A stretch of DNA of 58,264 nt, the filler included, from Basidioascus undulatus (taxonomy: Eukaryota), in assembly GCA_000826855.1 (NCBI GenBank). It is 3 parts of 3 records of this genome, joined end to end, with 100 filler letters (N's around TTAATTAATTAA, not from the genome) between each part and the next. Parts side by side here need not be neighbours in the genome. Positions count along the whole stretch, not along the records: positions 19,492 to 38,832 come from JTLS01000425.1; 2 more parts are not named here. The stretch is one strand, 5' to 3'. Below are positions 24,884 through 37,335 of the stretch, piece by piece (positions within the stretch are counted from its first letter, which is position 1; each line of letters opens with the position of its first letter). The translations under genes and the position numbers were made by a program. Under the pieces are notes generated by a model. It did no database searches. It saw only the letters and a list, made by a program, of their open reading frames with translations, and had not been told where the DNA came from.

Positions 24884-26044
24884 CGTTAGGCGCATCTTCT
24901 GGACGTCGCAGATCAAAATACTGTACCTTACTGAATAGAAACTGAATGAGACTTGAGCCTGCTTGTCTGTTCGTCGTCGGCGCTGCGTCAAGCTGCTGCG
25001 AGAGGTGCAAGGCGAAGAACGGCTTTCCCAGTCGGTCGTTCACTTGATTGAGTTCACACTAAAAGTTTGCATAAGGGGTTATTAGTTTGAAAGGGCCAAA
25101 GTGGTGTGGAGTTCTAGATTGTTTTCCCTGTAACAAGGTAGCTGATTGAAAACTGAAGAGTAAAGGGGTCTGTGGCAATGTGACAACATAAGTTGCAGGC
25201 TCTTGCAGAAAAGCTCCCAATGAAAATCTTTAAAAGTAAAAGCTTTTTGGTACTATAAAGGAATGTACAGCTGGCAAGGGACGAATGGAATGGGGTGCAG
25301 CAGGCGGAGAACGCCGAAAGTGCTTTTGCGAGTCGGCGAGGATGGGCTGTATTGAACTATCGACTGCTTCACTTTCAGATAGAATCTTACAAGACTGCAC
25401 CTTCGGGTGCAAAAGCCATTCATGTCAATGTACTTCTGGTAAACGGTTCGGCCCCGCCTTTTCATCATCGCCCATCAACCTTCAGTTCCTCATGGCACCG
25501 CTTTTCCAATGAGAATGAATGCATACCGAGTAAGAAATTGCTCCTTGATCTTGCTCCCTCTTCAGAGGTTACTGGCGTGGACACTCAAGCCCAAGTGAAG
25601 CGGGATGTACGGGAAGAAAACAGGCGTTCAGATTTTCAAGAGTAACTAAGTTGTCTCCTTCGAAACCTTTCATCTGCTCATCATCCGAACATCCTGACTG
25701 GCTTCCTCCGCAATCCTGCTGCTTTAAATATGCTGCAAATTGAGAACCCCGCGGGTCCGATGAAGATTCGACTTCAGTGAATGCACTTCTCGAAGGACAG
25801 GATATTGTCGGGCTGTGATTCGTCCGTCGGGCGGTAAGACCGAGAGTCGGTCGATGTCGCCCGAAACGGCGCTCGGGGTCGGCCGGCAATGGAAGCGGGG
25901 CTTCCGTCGAGCGTCAGCCCCAGGTCGCCATCTCACTCACACTTTCCCCTCTTGCACTCCTGATCGAATCCCTCACTCATTAAAAGACTACAACGCCCCC
26001 TTCTTGACTTATACTCCCCTCCCCCGCCGCTTCCATCCCCCATA

Positions 26045-29000
26045 ATGCCCGCTACGGACGCTCAGCCGCGCACGCTTTACGACAAGGTCAGCGAGCAGCG
26101 TTCCATTCCCACGAGCGGCGAGGAAGACCGGGCTGACGAGCAGGAGCTGGGATCGCGCTGCGCCACCTGTACAGGTCTTTGACGACCACGTCGTGCACAG
26201 GCAGGAGGACGGGACCTGCATCCTCTTCGTCGACCGCCACCTCGTCCACGAGGTCACCTCCCCGCAGGCGTTCGAGGGTCTGTGAGTCTCAGAGCTGTCT
26301 TCTCCCTTCGCACCAGGCAGCAGCAGTTGGGTGGTGGGCGTACGCACTGCTCTTGGGGAATGATTCATGCTACTCGGATGCTCCGAATGCGCTTTGGGTA
26401 CTCCTAGAGCTTTGGGCGGGGCTTCACACTCCAAATGTTCGTGGTCGTCCGACCAGCCGCATGGCACGTGGGTGGCCCATGGGGCATTCAACCGCCTCGG
26501 GGACAAACAACGACGTTCGCGCTTGATGCCCAAACAACTCTAATCCAATCCTCCTCATCGCTGTCCACTGACGTTCATTTCCTCTCTTCCAGGCGCAATG
26601 CCGGCCGCAAGATCCGCCGCCCCGACTGCACCCTCGCCACCGTCGACCACAACATTCCGTGTGTCTTCTCAGTCTCCCAGAGACCCACCCGTGATGCTGA
26701 TATTCCATCAATGTGCAGCACCACCTCCCGCACCAACTTCAAGTCCATCGGAACCTTCATCGAGGAGGCTGACTCGCGCACGCAGTGCACCACTCTGGAG
26801 GAGAACGTGAAGGAGTTTGGTCTCACCTACTTTGGCATGGACGATTCCCGCCAAGGTGCGCTCAATTTCTGGTCCCGAGCTTTTATCAATGCGATGCTGA
26901 TGTGGATGTCGCGTTGGTCAGGTATAGTACACATCATCGGTCCGGAGCAGGGCTTCACCCTCCCCGGCACGACTGTTGGTGCGTTTCCCATTCCCCGTCT
27001 CCTCTTCTCATTCAGAGTGCTGACATGCGCTCACCGGCAGTTTGCGGTGACTCCCATACCTCCACGCACGGCGCGTTCGGCGCGCTCGCGTTCGGTATCG
27101 GCACGTCCGAGGTCGAGCACGTCCTCGCAACGCAGACGATCCTCCAGAAGAAGTCCAAGAACATGCGTGTCCAGGTCGAGGGCGAGCTCGCGGAGGGCGT
27201 CACGTCCAAGGACATCGTCCTCCACGTTATCGGCGTCATCGGCACCGCTGGCGGCACGGGCGCGGTCATCGAGTTCTGCGGGTCCACGATTGAGAAGCTG
27301 TCCATGGAGGCGAGGTGCGTTCGGCCAGTTTTCTGCGCTTCTGGCGTTTGTTGGAGGACAGGAAGCTGACTTGAGCATGGCTCGCACAGGATGTCCATCT
27401 GCAACATGTCCATCGAGGGCGGCGCGCGCGCGGGCGTGATCGCGCCGGACCAGACCACGTTCGACTACCTCGCGACGCGCCCGCTCGCGCCGAAGCAGGG
27501 CGCCGAGTGGGACGCGGCCGTCGCGTACTGGAAGACGCTCCGGTCCGACGCGGGCGCCAAGTTCGACATCGACGTCCAGATCAAGGCGGCCGACATCGCG
27601 CCGACCGTGTCGTGGGGCACGTCCCCGCAGGACGTCGTCCCCATCACGGGCGAGGTCCCCTCCCCCTCGTTGTTCCCTGAGGGTCCCAAGCGCGCCGGCG
27701 TCGAGCGCGCTCTCAACTACATGGGCCTCACGGCCGGCCAGAAGATGGTGGACGTCACGATCGACAAGGTCTTCATCGGCTCGTGCACCAACTCGCGTAT
27801 CGAGGACCTTCGCGCCGCGGCAGCGATCGCGCGCGGCCGCAAGGTCGCGTCCAACGTCAAGCTCGCCATGGTCGTCCCCGGCTCGGGCAACATCAAGAAG
27901 CAGGCAGAGGCCGAGGGCCTCGACCGCATCTTCAAGGACGCCGGCTTCGACTGGCGCGAGGCCGGGTGCTCGATGTGCCTCGGCATGAATCCGGACCAGC
28001 TCGCGCCGCAGGAGCGCTGCGCGTCGACGAGCAACCGCAACTTCGAGGGCCGCCAGGGCGCCGGCGGGCGCACCCACCTCTGCTCGCCCGCCATGGCTGC
28101 CGCGGCTGCGATCGAGGGCAAGCTCGTCGACGTGCGCAAGTTCTCCGCGACGAACGGGGCCGCCGCGCCCTCCGCTGGCCCGCAGGTCACGATCCTCAAC
28201 CCGAAGGACTTCACGTCCAACACGTCCCCGCTCGCGATGCCCAAGGCGGCGCCCTCCGGCCTCGCCGAGACCGACAGCGCGCCGACGCCCGTCCAGGCCG
28301 CCGCGCGCAAGTCGGGCAACAACGGCGCGGGCATGCCCAAGTTCACGGTGCTCAAGGGCGTCGCGGCGCCGCTCGACCTTCCCAACATCGACACGGACAT
28401 GATCATCCCCAAGCAGTTCCTCAAGACGATCAAGCGCACCGGCCTCGGCTCCGCGGCGTTCTACGGCATGCGCTACGACCCCAAGACGGGCGAGGAGGAC
28501 CCCAACTTCGTCCTCAACCAGGAGCCGTACCGCAAGGCCTGCATCCTCGTCAACAAGGGCGGCAACTTCGGCTGCGGCTCCTCCCGCGAGCACGCCCCCT
28601 GGGCGCTCCTCGACTTCGGTATCCGCTGCGTCATCTCCCCCTCCTTCGCTGACATCTTCTACGTGCGTTCTCCCCCGTCTTCTCTTCTTCCTTGACAAAG
28701 CACGAATCCTGACACTTGATGCTGTGCCTCCGCAGAACAACACCTTCAAGAACGGCATGCTCCCGCTGATCCTGCCCGAGGTGGACGTCGCGACGCTGGC
28801 GGAGGACGCGCGCGCGGGGCTGCCCGTCGAGGTGGACCTCGAGGCGCAGGTCGTGCGCCGCTCGTCGGGCACCGAGATTGCGTTCTCGCTCGACTCGTTC
28901 CGCCGGCACTGCCTCCTCAACGGCCTCGACGACATCGGGCTCACGCTCCAGCGCGAGGACGACATCGTCTCGTTCGAGAAGCGCCGGTCCGCGACGTGGC

Positions 29001-29086
29001 CGTGGCTCGACGGCCAGGACTACAAGGGCCGCAAGCTCACCGCCGTCGCGAACGGCGGGCCCGCCGCGAAGAAGATTGACTGGTGA
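26045..29086 (+). CDS. LEU1: 3-isopropylmalate dehydratase (fungal fused LeuC-LeuD)
   Basis: [129 protein letters not shown] and [13 protein letters not shown]. Confidence 0.98.
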
Positions 29087-29355
29087 GGTTCGCTTGGGTG
29101 CAGTGGGGGAGGAAGAGGGATGGACGCTGGGATACTGGGTTCGTTTTCCTGTCCCTTTCGCGGCTCGCGTTGTCACTGTTTACGTTTCTCGCACGGTTGT
29201 GCGCTGTATTTACGAATTTCAAACGCTCTTTGATGGTGTCTTTGCTTGAGTGTTTTGGACTGCAGCCATCTTCCTCGAAGACGTTGGGCGATTGGAACTT
29301 TACGCCGAGGGCTGATACAGACAGCCGCACACTGCCGCGAGCCACAGCATAATGT

Positions 29356-31158
29356 CTATGAAGCCCTGGCAGCGCCCCACTTCCCTGCAACAACCGATGC
29401 TCCACATCGCTTCACCGCTTGAGAGAAGGCGATCGGTCCAGCAATTGTGCAAAGAGCGATGGCCCAGATGGCAATCAAATAGGCCTCTTCGCCGAGAACA
29501 TCGCCCGATGACGCATATGCGACTTGGGCAATCAGGACCTGTGTACCGAACCGGGGCCGGTGAGCTTTCGAGATGAAACCATGAGAGGCAAGGAAAAAGC
29601 GCACCCCGATCTCGCCCCGCGCAACGAGAGCGGTTCCGAGCAGCACGGCAGGCGGACACGACTCCCCGCCTGGGAGCGAGAACCGCAGGCGATGCAGTCT
29701 GGACGACTTCGGAGTAGGCGACTTCTCGTCGCCGCCGAACGGAGAGTTCGAAACGGGCCGAAGGGGATACGGTGGGGACGGCAAAGGTGAGGGCGGCTCA
29801 GGGGGGTGGACCCGCTGGACGGTGTCGGAAGCGAGCACGCATAGACCCACGACGATCTTGCCGAGCGCCATGAGCAGCGAGTAGACGATCCCACGCCAGA
29901 TTATACGACCTTTCCACAGAGAGAGGAACGGGATCCTGTGAGGTTCAGGTGGAGTACGTCAGCAGGGCGCGTGTGGCCAGGGTACGGACAGGCGGACGTG
30001 GTTCCGATGGATGCGAAGAAGAGGGGAGCGAAGATCTGCCATTCCCTTGTCAGATAAATAAGAATGAAGAGCGCTGTAGAGCAACTGACGTATTCCTGAA
30101 GAGGCCCGACCAGGGCATGGAACGTCCGTAGGAAGGAGATGTCGAAGTTCGAGGAAGGCAAGGCTGAGAGGAAGAGGCCGGCGCAGAACGCGCCAAGAAG
30201 CATGGTTGTATGTGTGTAGAACGCTCTGTACGAGACGCATACGTGTGAGCTTATCAGCAAAATGTGCGGGCAAAAGCGCTTCCCACGTACACTGCGAGGA
30301 AGGCCGACAGGACGCAGACGCCGAGGAAGAGCTCCGCGTTTCGACCAAGCTTCGCCAGGAGCTTCTCGCCATACGAGCGGAAGAGAGGCCGTGCAACAAG
30401 GAACGCCAAGACCGGACCGACTATCGCCATTGTGACGCTCGCGACGATAGGACGACCGATGACCCAGCCCAGCGCCGTAGATGAAGAGGATTCGAGCGCG
30501 GTGACCACGCTGAGGAGCACCAGAGCGATCTGTGAGGTGGATCGTTCAGCTCTTCGCTTCGTGGACAACGCGAGTGCGAGAAACTCACAATGTCATCAAT
30601 GAGCGCTGCTCCCATCAGCACGGTGCCAATGCGCGTTCCGGCGAGATCGAGATCGGACGATTGCGCGCGGAGTACGAAGAACGTCGTCCCGAGAGAGGTG
30701 CTGCCGAGCGCGGCGCCAGCTGAGAAGGCATGCATGGCCGGAAGACCGAACCCGCCGGAGAGAAGAGCGAACGAGAAGGCCATGGGCAGGAGAACGCCGA
30801 CGGCGGCAGATATTATGGCGAGAGGGAGATTCGAGACGAGGACCGAGAGGTTCGCGTCGAGTCCGCCTGGAAAGGAACTTGAGCCACACAGACGTTCAAG
30901 GGAATTATTGAACGTACCTTCGAATACGATCAGGATCAGTCCAATGTATCCGATCGCTAGGAACGTTTCCTCCCAGCTTCGCTCCAAGATGCCCCCGAGC
31001 GGCGAGCCATAGGTCACGCCGAGCGCGATCTCGCCGAGGAGACCGGCTGCGAAGAGGTGGTCTGCAATTTGGCGCGCGACTTGGAGGAGGTAGAGGAACG
31101 AAAGAAGCGCGAGGAGTTGCGGCAGCGCCGGTTCGTGATACGAGATGGTCGATGCCAT
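29356..31158 (-). CDS. Cation/H+ antiporter (Na+/H+ exchanger family, CPA2-like)
   Basis: Multi-TM protein: YHEPALPQLL, GLLGEIALGVTYGSPL, GYIGLILIVFEGGL, GAALGSTSLGTTF, GAALIDD, APLFFASIG and ALVARGEIG. Confidence 0.88.
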
Positions 31159-31976
31159 GAGGCGGCGAGTCGATGGACGTAAGCCCTCGGTCAAAGGAAT
31201 CTGAAGCCTGAAGTGGATGGATGACGTGTCGAGGAACGATCCATCAGGCTGCGATAAGACGTCTTGAAAGTTGGCGAGTGGCCTTAACGGACGCCGGACG
31301 CGAGATGTGGTGGAGTGAAAAGGAGCAGGACTGAGAAAAACGTTCACCTCAAGGTGGAGGCCCAAGAAGGCCGGTGTTGCGGCAGTTTGATCTTGCAATG
31401 CCAAGCCTGGCACATCGCACAGCTGTTGCTCAACTTCGTTCTCTTTAATGCATGGGCTTGCAAGCCACTGCAATTCCTTCTTTATCCACTTGCTCTGAAA
31501 TTTGCTCCGATGGTACAGTCAAAAGTCGGAGCACAAAAGTTAGGTGTCCCCAACTGTCCCGCAAGCCTGCGGGTCTCAACTGTCGACGGGCAATGAACGC
31601 GGTCCTCGGCAGATCTTCATATTATCCCGTAAGCACCATGCATCGAAGTTCTCACACCGTGCGTCTCTCGCTTAAGTGCGCCTCAGGTCAAATGAATGTC
31701 GAAACAAATCAAATGCCACATGCGAAGCAGTGGTACAAACGAAAGGAAGACGAAAGCGCGAAAAGGATGCGGGGCAAGGATGGGGATAAAGGTTTAACAG
31801 AATGAGAGTGGGTGGGTGGGAAGAGAAGGTTGATAGATGGTGAGATGGTGAATACAGCACGCTGGATCTGCATGTAGCCGCGACCCGCTGCTATAGAGGA
31901 TTAAGTGGGTAGATAACTGGTGTTTCAGCAAAGGAGGTGGAAGGACGGAAGATCTAGGCAGGACTTACATTTGCGC

Positions 31977-32775
31977 TTAGTCGTACTTCTTGTACTGGGG
32001 CTTCTTCATGACATAGACCTTCTTGGGCCTGAAGGAGGAGGGGTGTGAGAGATTAGCTCAGAATGAAGCCGAGGATGAAGAAATAACCCACTTCTTCTCC
32101 TCCTTCTCCTCCTTCTCCTCCTCCTCCTCAAACTCCCGAAGGTGCTCTCCAGCGAACTTCTCTTGCTGAAACTCGAAGTCGACATTGACGTCACCTTCGA
32201 TGTTGATGCCCTCTTTAGGCGCGAGCGGGCTTGCCCTACGGTCGTGCTTCTTGCCCTTGTTCTTGTTGTGGTGCTGGCGGTGAGGGAAGTAGGGCACATC
32301 GTCATCGCCGCCCTTGCCGAGCTTCTTGTGCTTGAACTCCTCGAGCTGGAAGTCAAGGTGGGTGTCAACCGAGTTGTCGATGTTGATAGGGCTCTCCTCC
32401 TCCGCCGCTGCACGACGGTACATCTTGTCCTTCTTGTCGCGCTTCTGCACCTTCTTGACCTTCTTGTCATCGGCAGCTAGATGATGGGGCAAACGCAGTC
32501 AATGTCAGCCTCCATTTAGGTTGTGCAGAAACTCCACCCCCAGGGGGCTTACCCTGCTCGACTTCGCCGTTCGCCGCGGCCTGCTGGTCCGCCCCCGCGG
32601 CGAGGCCATTCGTCGGCGCCTGCTCGACCCCCGGCGCGGCCTGCTGGTCCACCGGCGCGGCGGGGTCGAGCGCGTCGCCGCCAAGAAGGGCAAAAATGTC
32701 TTTCATCTGAGGCGACGCGCACACGGCGGAGGCCGCGAAGAGAGCAAAGGTAGCGACAACGGCGGTGGTGCGCAT
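31977..32775 (-). CDS. Secreted orphan protein with dibasic sites and two internal repeats (3 exons)
   Basis: Signal peptide MRTTAVVATFALFAASAVCA; two clean in-frame introns; strong GC3 bias; upstream TATA-like TATAAAAG at ~32920; ends KKPQYKKYD*. Confidence 0.8.
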
Positions 32776-33871
32776 GGTGATTAGAGAGGGTGTGTGTGGT
32801 GGAAGAGGTATAGGTAAAGTGGCGGGTATAAGGTAGTAAGAGTGATTAGAGGGGATGGGAAGATGCGGATGAGATCTGATAGAATGATGAGATTGGACCT
32901 GAATCTGCGTGGTCTTTTATACGTTCGCTGTGCTGGGAAGGCGGGGGGAAGCGAGGATACACGCCCCTGCAGTAGCGGAAGAGGCGTATTGTGAAAACGC
33001 TGCGTGCGTGCAGTGTAGCCACGCGAGGGCGGGTAGCGAATATACAGCCCCTTCCCGTCACCGCAACAACAATACTCCTTATTCATAGGTATCCATTTCT
33101 AGCTGCCCATCTCTGGAGGCGGCCTGTGCCGAGGGAGACTGCCCGTGCATCTCATTTGCTGTTGGCTGGCCCTGCACTTCGAATATCCTGAAGATCTCGA
33201 CCCTTTTCCTTCTTCTGAGCTGCCACCTCAACTGCTGAACCGTTAAGGGGAACGGGGAACAGCTGCAGTCCCCGGTTCCACGACTCCGGCCCCGTCTTTT
33301 CCTTGCTTCATGACTTGTACTATCATCTTTCGGAGACATGAATATTACCCGGAGGAAAACAGAGTGGATCCCAAGCTGTCGGCTCTATATATTTGGTTAA
33401 AATGCATGTAATGCACCGCGCAACCACACCTGCAGCATCGCGGGGCCGGCAATGCACCGCGCAGTCACTTCCGCGAGGTTACCCATGCTTTGTACAGTCT
33501 TACAGTCTTGCGAGATGGAAGTCCCAATAGTCGACTATATTCCAAGTCTTTTTTGTTTTGCTTACATACTGTACTGATGTCGGCGACTGCCTTTCAATGC
33601 TGACGAGGAAGCTGAACAATCACGTTCTCTCTTGAAATAATCAGCACACCATTCACTGCCAGTATTTCATTACCGCTGCCTACAGTCCCGCCTCATACTC
33701 CAGCAGAGTTTCTCACTTCTTGGCAAGTGTGTCTTTGTAGAGAGCAGAAGATCACGCATTTACTGAGAGACATTGCATCTTCACTATTCTAGATCGAAAC
33801 GGTACTAAAGCAATCTGGCTGGAGTTGTGGCCTTTTCCCATCAACCTTCCATGCTGACTTCCTTTACCGTC

Positions 33872-35993
33872 ATGACTTCTACTCAATCTGCCGATCAAAC
33901 TGGCTCCGGAAGCCCCAAGAAGCAGCCCATCTTGAACGCCTTTGAGATTTTTGCGCCAGGCCATCTTACTCCGGGCACCTGGACGCACGATAAGAGCGAC
34001 CAGTGCGTCCACCAACCTTCTAACGTTTCGCTGCAGGGACAAACCATTGCCCGACGGACTAACGCTCTTTCTTCCAGGTTTGACACCATCGAGCACTGGA
34101 CCGACCTGGCAAAGCTGCTCGAGAAAGGCAAGCATCACGGCATCTTCATTGCGGACTCGTACGGAACTGTGCGTTCTAGCGACCTTTACTCACTAGCCGC
34201 TTCTGACCTGTTGGATTATCTGCAGTATGACACGTATAAGGGGTCCAACGGCCCATCCCTTGCGCCAGCCACCCAGTTTCCAAAGGGGGACCCGCTCCTG
34301 CTCGTTTCCGCGATGGCAGCGGTGACAGAGAATCTGGCCTTGTAAGGAGTACTCATTGGTCATTAGCGTTGAAATGAAGCCCCCTTGAACTGAGTTTACC
34401 TCCATGGGCATAATCAGCGGCATTACCATCTCAACGGCCTATGAACCTCCCTTCGCTTTGGCGAGGCGGTACTCGACGCTCGACCACATCACCAAGGGCC
34501 GAGTCGCCTGGAACGTCGGTATGTGGAGTCTGACCCTTGAGATTCAGCCAACTTTTTTTCTATGAACTGGCTCGGGTTCCCGTAAATAATTCAGTCACTA
34601 GTGGCCTTCCGAGTGCTGCGAGGAACCTTGGGCTTGACAAGCCGATCGAGCACGACAAGCGGTACGAGATTGCAGAAGAGTACTTGGAGGTGAGCCTTGC
34701 TTCCCGCGGAATTTCATTTGAACCCGAAAATTTAACTGAAGTTCGGGTGTCAGGTCGTATACAAGCTCTGGGAGTCTTCGTGGCACGACGACGCCGTCAA
34801 GCGCGAGGGAGGCGGGCGTCTTCACTGACCCTTCGCTCGTGCGGCCGATCAATCATAAAGGAACTTACTTTCCTGACGTCCCCGGTCCTGTACTCCTTTC
34901 TTCCTTGAGCTCTCCAAGACAAGACAAGCGCTGACGAACGTGCTCGCTTCAGTTCATTACCCACCCGTCGCCTCAGCGCACGCCGACGCTCTTCCAGACC
35001 GGCTCATCGGGCGCGGGCACGACCTTCGGTGCTCGGCACGCCGAAGCGGTGTTCATCTCGCAGCATACTCCCGAGGAAGCCAAGGCAAAGGTCGCGGAGT
35101 ACCGAAGGCGGCGAGAGAGGGCAGGGACCCGGCCTCGCTGAAGGTGCTCGGGGGTATCACGCCTGTCCTCGGCCGCACGGAGAAGGAGGCCAAGGATAAG
35201 TTTGAGATCTGGAAGTCGAGGGCCAGTAGGGAGGGAGCGCTCGCCCTTTTTGGCGGGTGGACGGTACTTTGAGGGTGGAATGAGATTGCAGCTTGGTGAT
35301 GCTGACTTGAATGTGTGTCTTTTATGCAACGACCTGAGCACTTACGGGGACCATGAGGAGCTCAACCTCGTTCCCGGCAGTGGTATGCGTTCTGTGAGTT
35401 CTTGCATGTCTCCCCGCTCTCCTGTCGCATGTGTCCAATCTCTCCGCCAAATTAGACGATCGACAACTTCAAGCGCATCTACCCGGGCGTCCGTGAGTAC
35501 TTAAACCCACACATTCCTGTTCTGTTCTATAAATGTTTGAGTGCATATTTTTGCTCAGCTTGCTTTTACACTCTCCTGCGAAGTGGACGAAGAACACGGT
35601 CGCCGAGTTCCTCCTCATCGGTGGCATGAGCCCGGTCGTTGTCGGGTAAGTACTTTCTCCCTCCCATCTAGCGAACACATATCCACACTCTCTTACAGAT
35701 ACCCTACTATTCAGGACTCCGAAGTCGCTGACGAGCTCGAGCGCTGGGTCAACATCGGCGAAGTCGACGGCTTCAACCTCGCGCACTACGCGCGGCACGA
35801 CTCCTTCATCGACGTGGTCGAGCTGCTCGTGCCCGAGCTGCAGAACCGCGGGCTTCACTGGTTGGATTACCCGTTCGTTCCGCAGGTCGAGCGCCAGAAG
35901 AAGGTCGGCATCACGGCGAGGGAGGGCCTTTACGGAATCGGGCAGAAGAAGCTCCGGGACGACCACCCGGGGAGCAAGTATAAGTGGAAGTGA
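33872..35993 (+). pseudogene. Bacterial-luciferase-like FMNH2-dependent monooxygenase (NtaA/DszA/SnaA family) with two apparent frameshifts
   Basis: ILNAF, HWTDLAKLLEKGKHHGIFIAD, YEPPFALARRYSTLDHITKGRVAWNV, EHDKRYEIAEEY, PSPQRTPTLFQTGSS and VDGFNL..FIDVVELLVPELQNRG. Frame breaks at ~34805 and ~35105. Confidence 0.88.
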
Positions 35994-36538
35994 GGGAGTT
36001 GTGGGAGCTATGTGTTGTACGGGGTCCAATGCATGTCGAGAGTCTTGTCATGTTACCCGGCGACGGCACTTGGACGTTGCTGCTTATCAGTGCAGTGCAG
36101 TCCTCAGTGAAGGTGCTATGTCTCCCCTTGGCGCATTGCGCTTCTGACTGGAAGCATTTTGAAAGGAAACATTCACATCCGCCTTACCAGGGTTCCACAG
36201 TTCAATCTTATTGTCTTAGTCGAGGTGCCCCAAGCTGAAGTAGTGGGGTCCAAAAGCGACGACCATGAAACAGAAACGGCCTCGAAGGCTCGAACGAAAC
36301 TGCCTTTCTGACACAGTGCCTGCAAAATCTTAAGTTACATGTACCGGAGGATGCTCTCCAGTCCTACACCGAAGGCAAGGAATCCATGTGTATGAGGGAC
36401 CTCTTTTTCCACGGCAGCCATTGACTGATAATGCGCCAGACCCATTTGCCCCCGATGAGCTCCCTCACACAACTTCGATTTCTCATCCCTATCTTCAAAA
36501 AAGACCTGCAATATCTTTCAATCTAACCCGCCATAGTT

Positions 36539-37335
36539 CTACGCCGCCTCCGCCTCCACCAAAAAGTAGTTCGCTCCCACGAGCTCGAGCCCGTACCGCT
36601 CCGCAAACTTGACTGCCGTCCAGCTTCTGCGCTGCTCGAGCTCCGCGCCCCACTCCAGCGCGTCGGGCGGGACGGTGTACCCCTCCTTGGGCTCGCGGAA
36701 GACGAGGAAGACTATCCCGGCGTAGGTCGACTTTCTTTCAGTGAAAGGAAAGGGAGAAAAGGGGGCGGAGGGGGCACGGACCGTAGCGATGCACGCCTGT
36801 GCCAGGACCAGGGCCTGGAGGGCGGTAGGGCGTGAGGGGGGGTTTGGTGGGGGTCGCAGTGAGCGCGGAAAGGTCGGCTGCGGCTCCTTCGGCTGGCGAT
36901 GTGGGTTGCTGGAAGCCGGGTTGGACCCAGTGCCTGTCCCAAACCCCCTCATTCAACCTATTTTCAGGTAAACATTGTGCAGTATGACTCACCTGAACTC
37001 CCGGAAAATAGGATTCTCCCGACTGCGGGCGTCCGGGTCCGTAAGCACGACGGTATACTTCGCGCCCTCCTCCGCGCCCGGCAAGGCGACGCGCGGCTCT
37101 CCCACCGTCTGGGTCTTGGTGAGCGTGTTACCCAACTGGGAGGACGCGCTTGAGTCCGGCCAGAAGACATGCACGATCTGTGAGGGCGTGAAGGGCTCGG
37201 GGAGGACCTGCGAATGGAACGGCGGTGAGGGGAGAGAGGGGGGAGGGAGAGGGAGGAGGGATGGCGCACGTCGGGGATGGTCCCTTCCTTCTCTAGGGCG
37301 CTAATGATGTTCTGTAGGGGCGTGAGTAGGGGCAT
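36539..37335 (-). CDS. Phosphatidylethanolamine-binding protein (PEBP/TFS1-like)
   Basis: [54 protein letters not shown] and FAERYGLELVGANYFLV. Confidence 0.93.

Noticed and set aside
25000..25800. AT-richer block upstream of LEU1 as a transposon relic
   Set aside because: No transposase or RT motifs, terminal repeats or target-site duplication identifiable.
25883..25892. CCGGCAATGG upstream of LEU1 as a Leu3/LeuB site
   Set aside because: One mismatch to CCG-N4-CGG in GC-rich DNA; too weak without conservation data.
27031..28965. 644-aa minus-strand ORF
   Set aside because: Antisense shadow of the extremely GC3-biased LEU1 exons; no independent coding signal.
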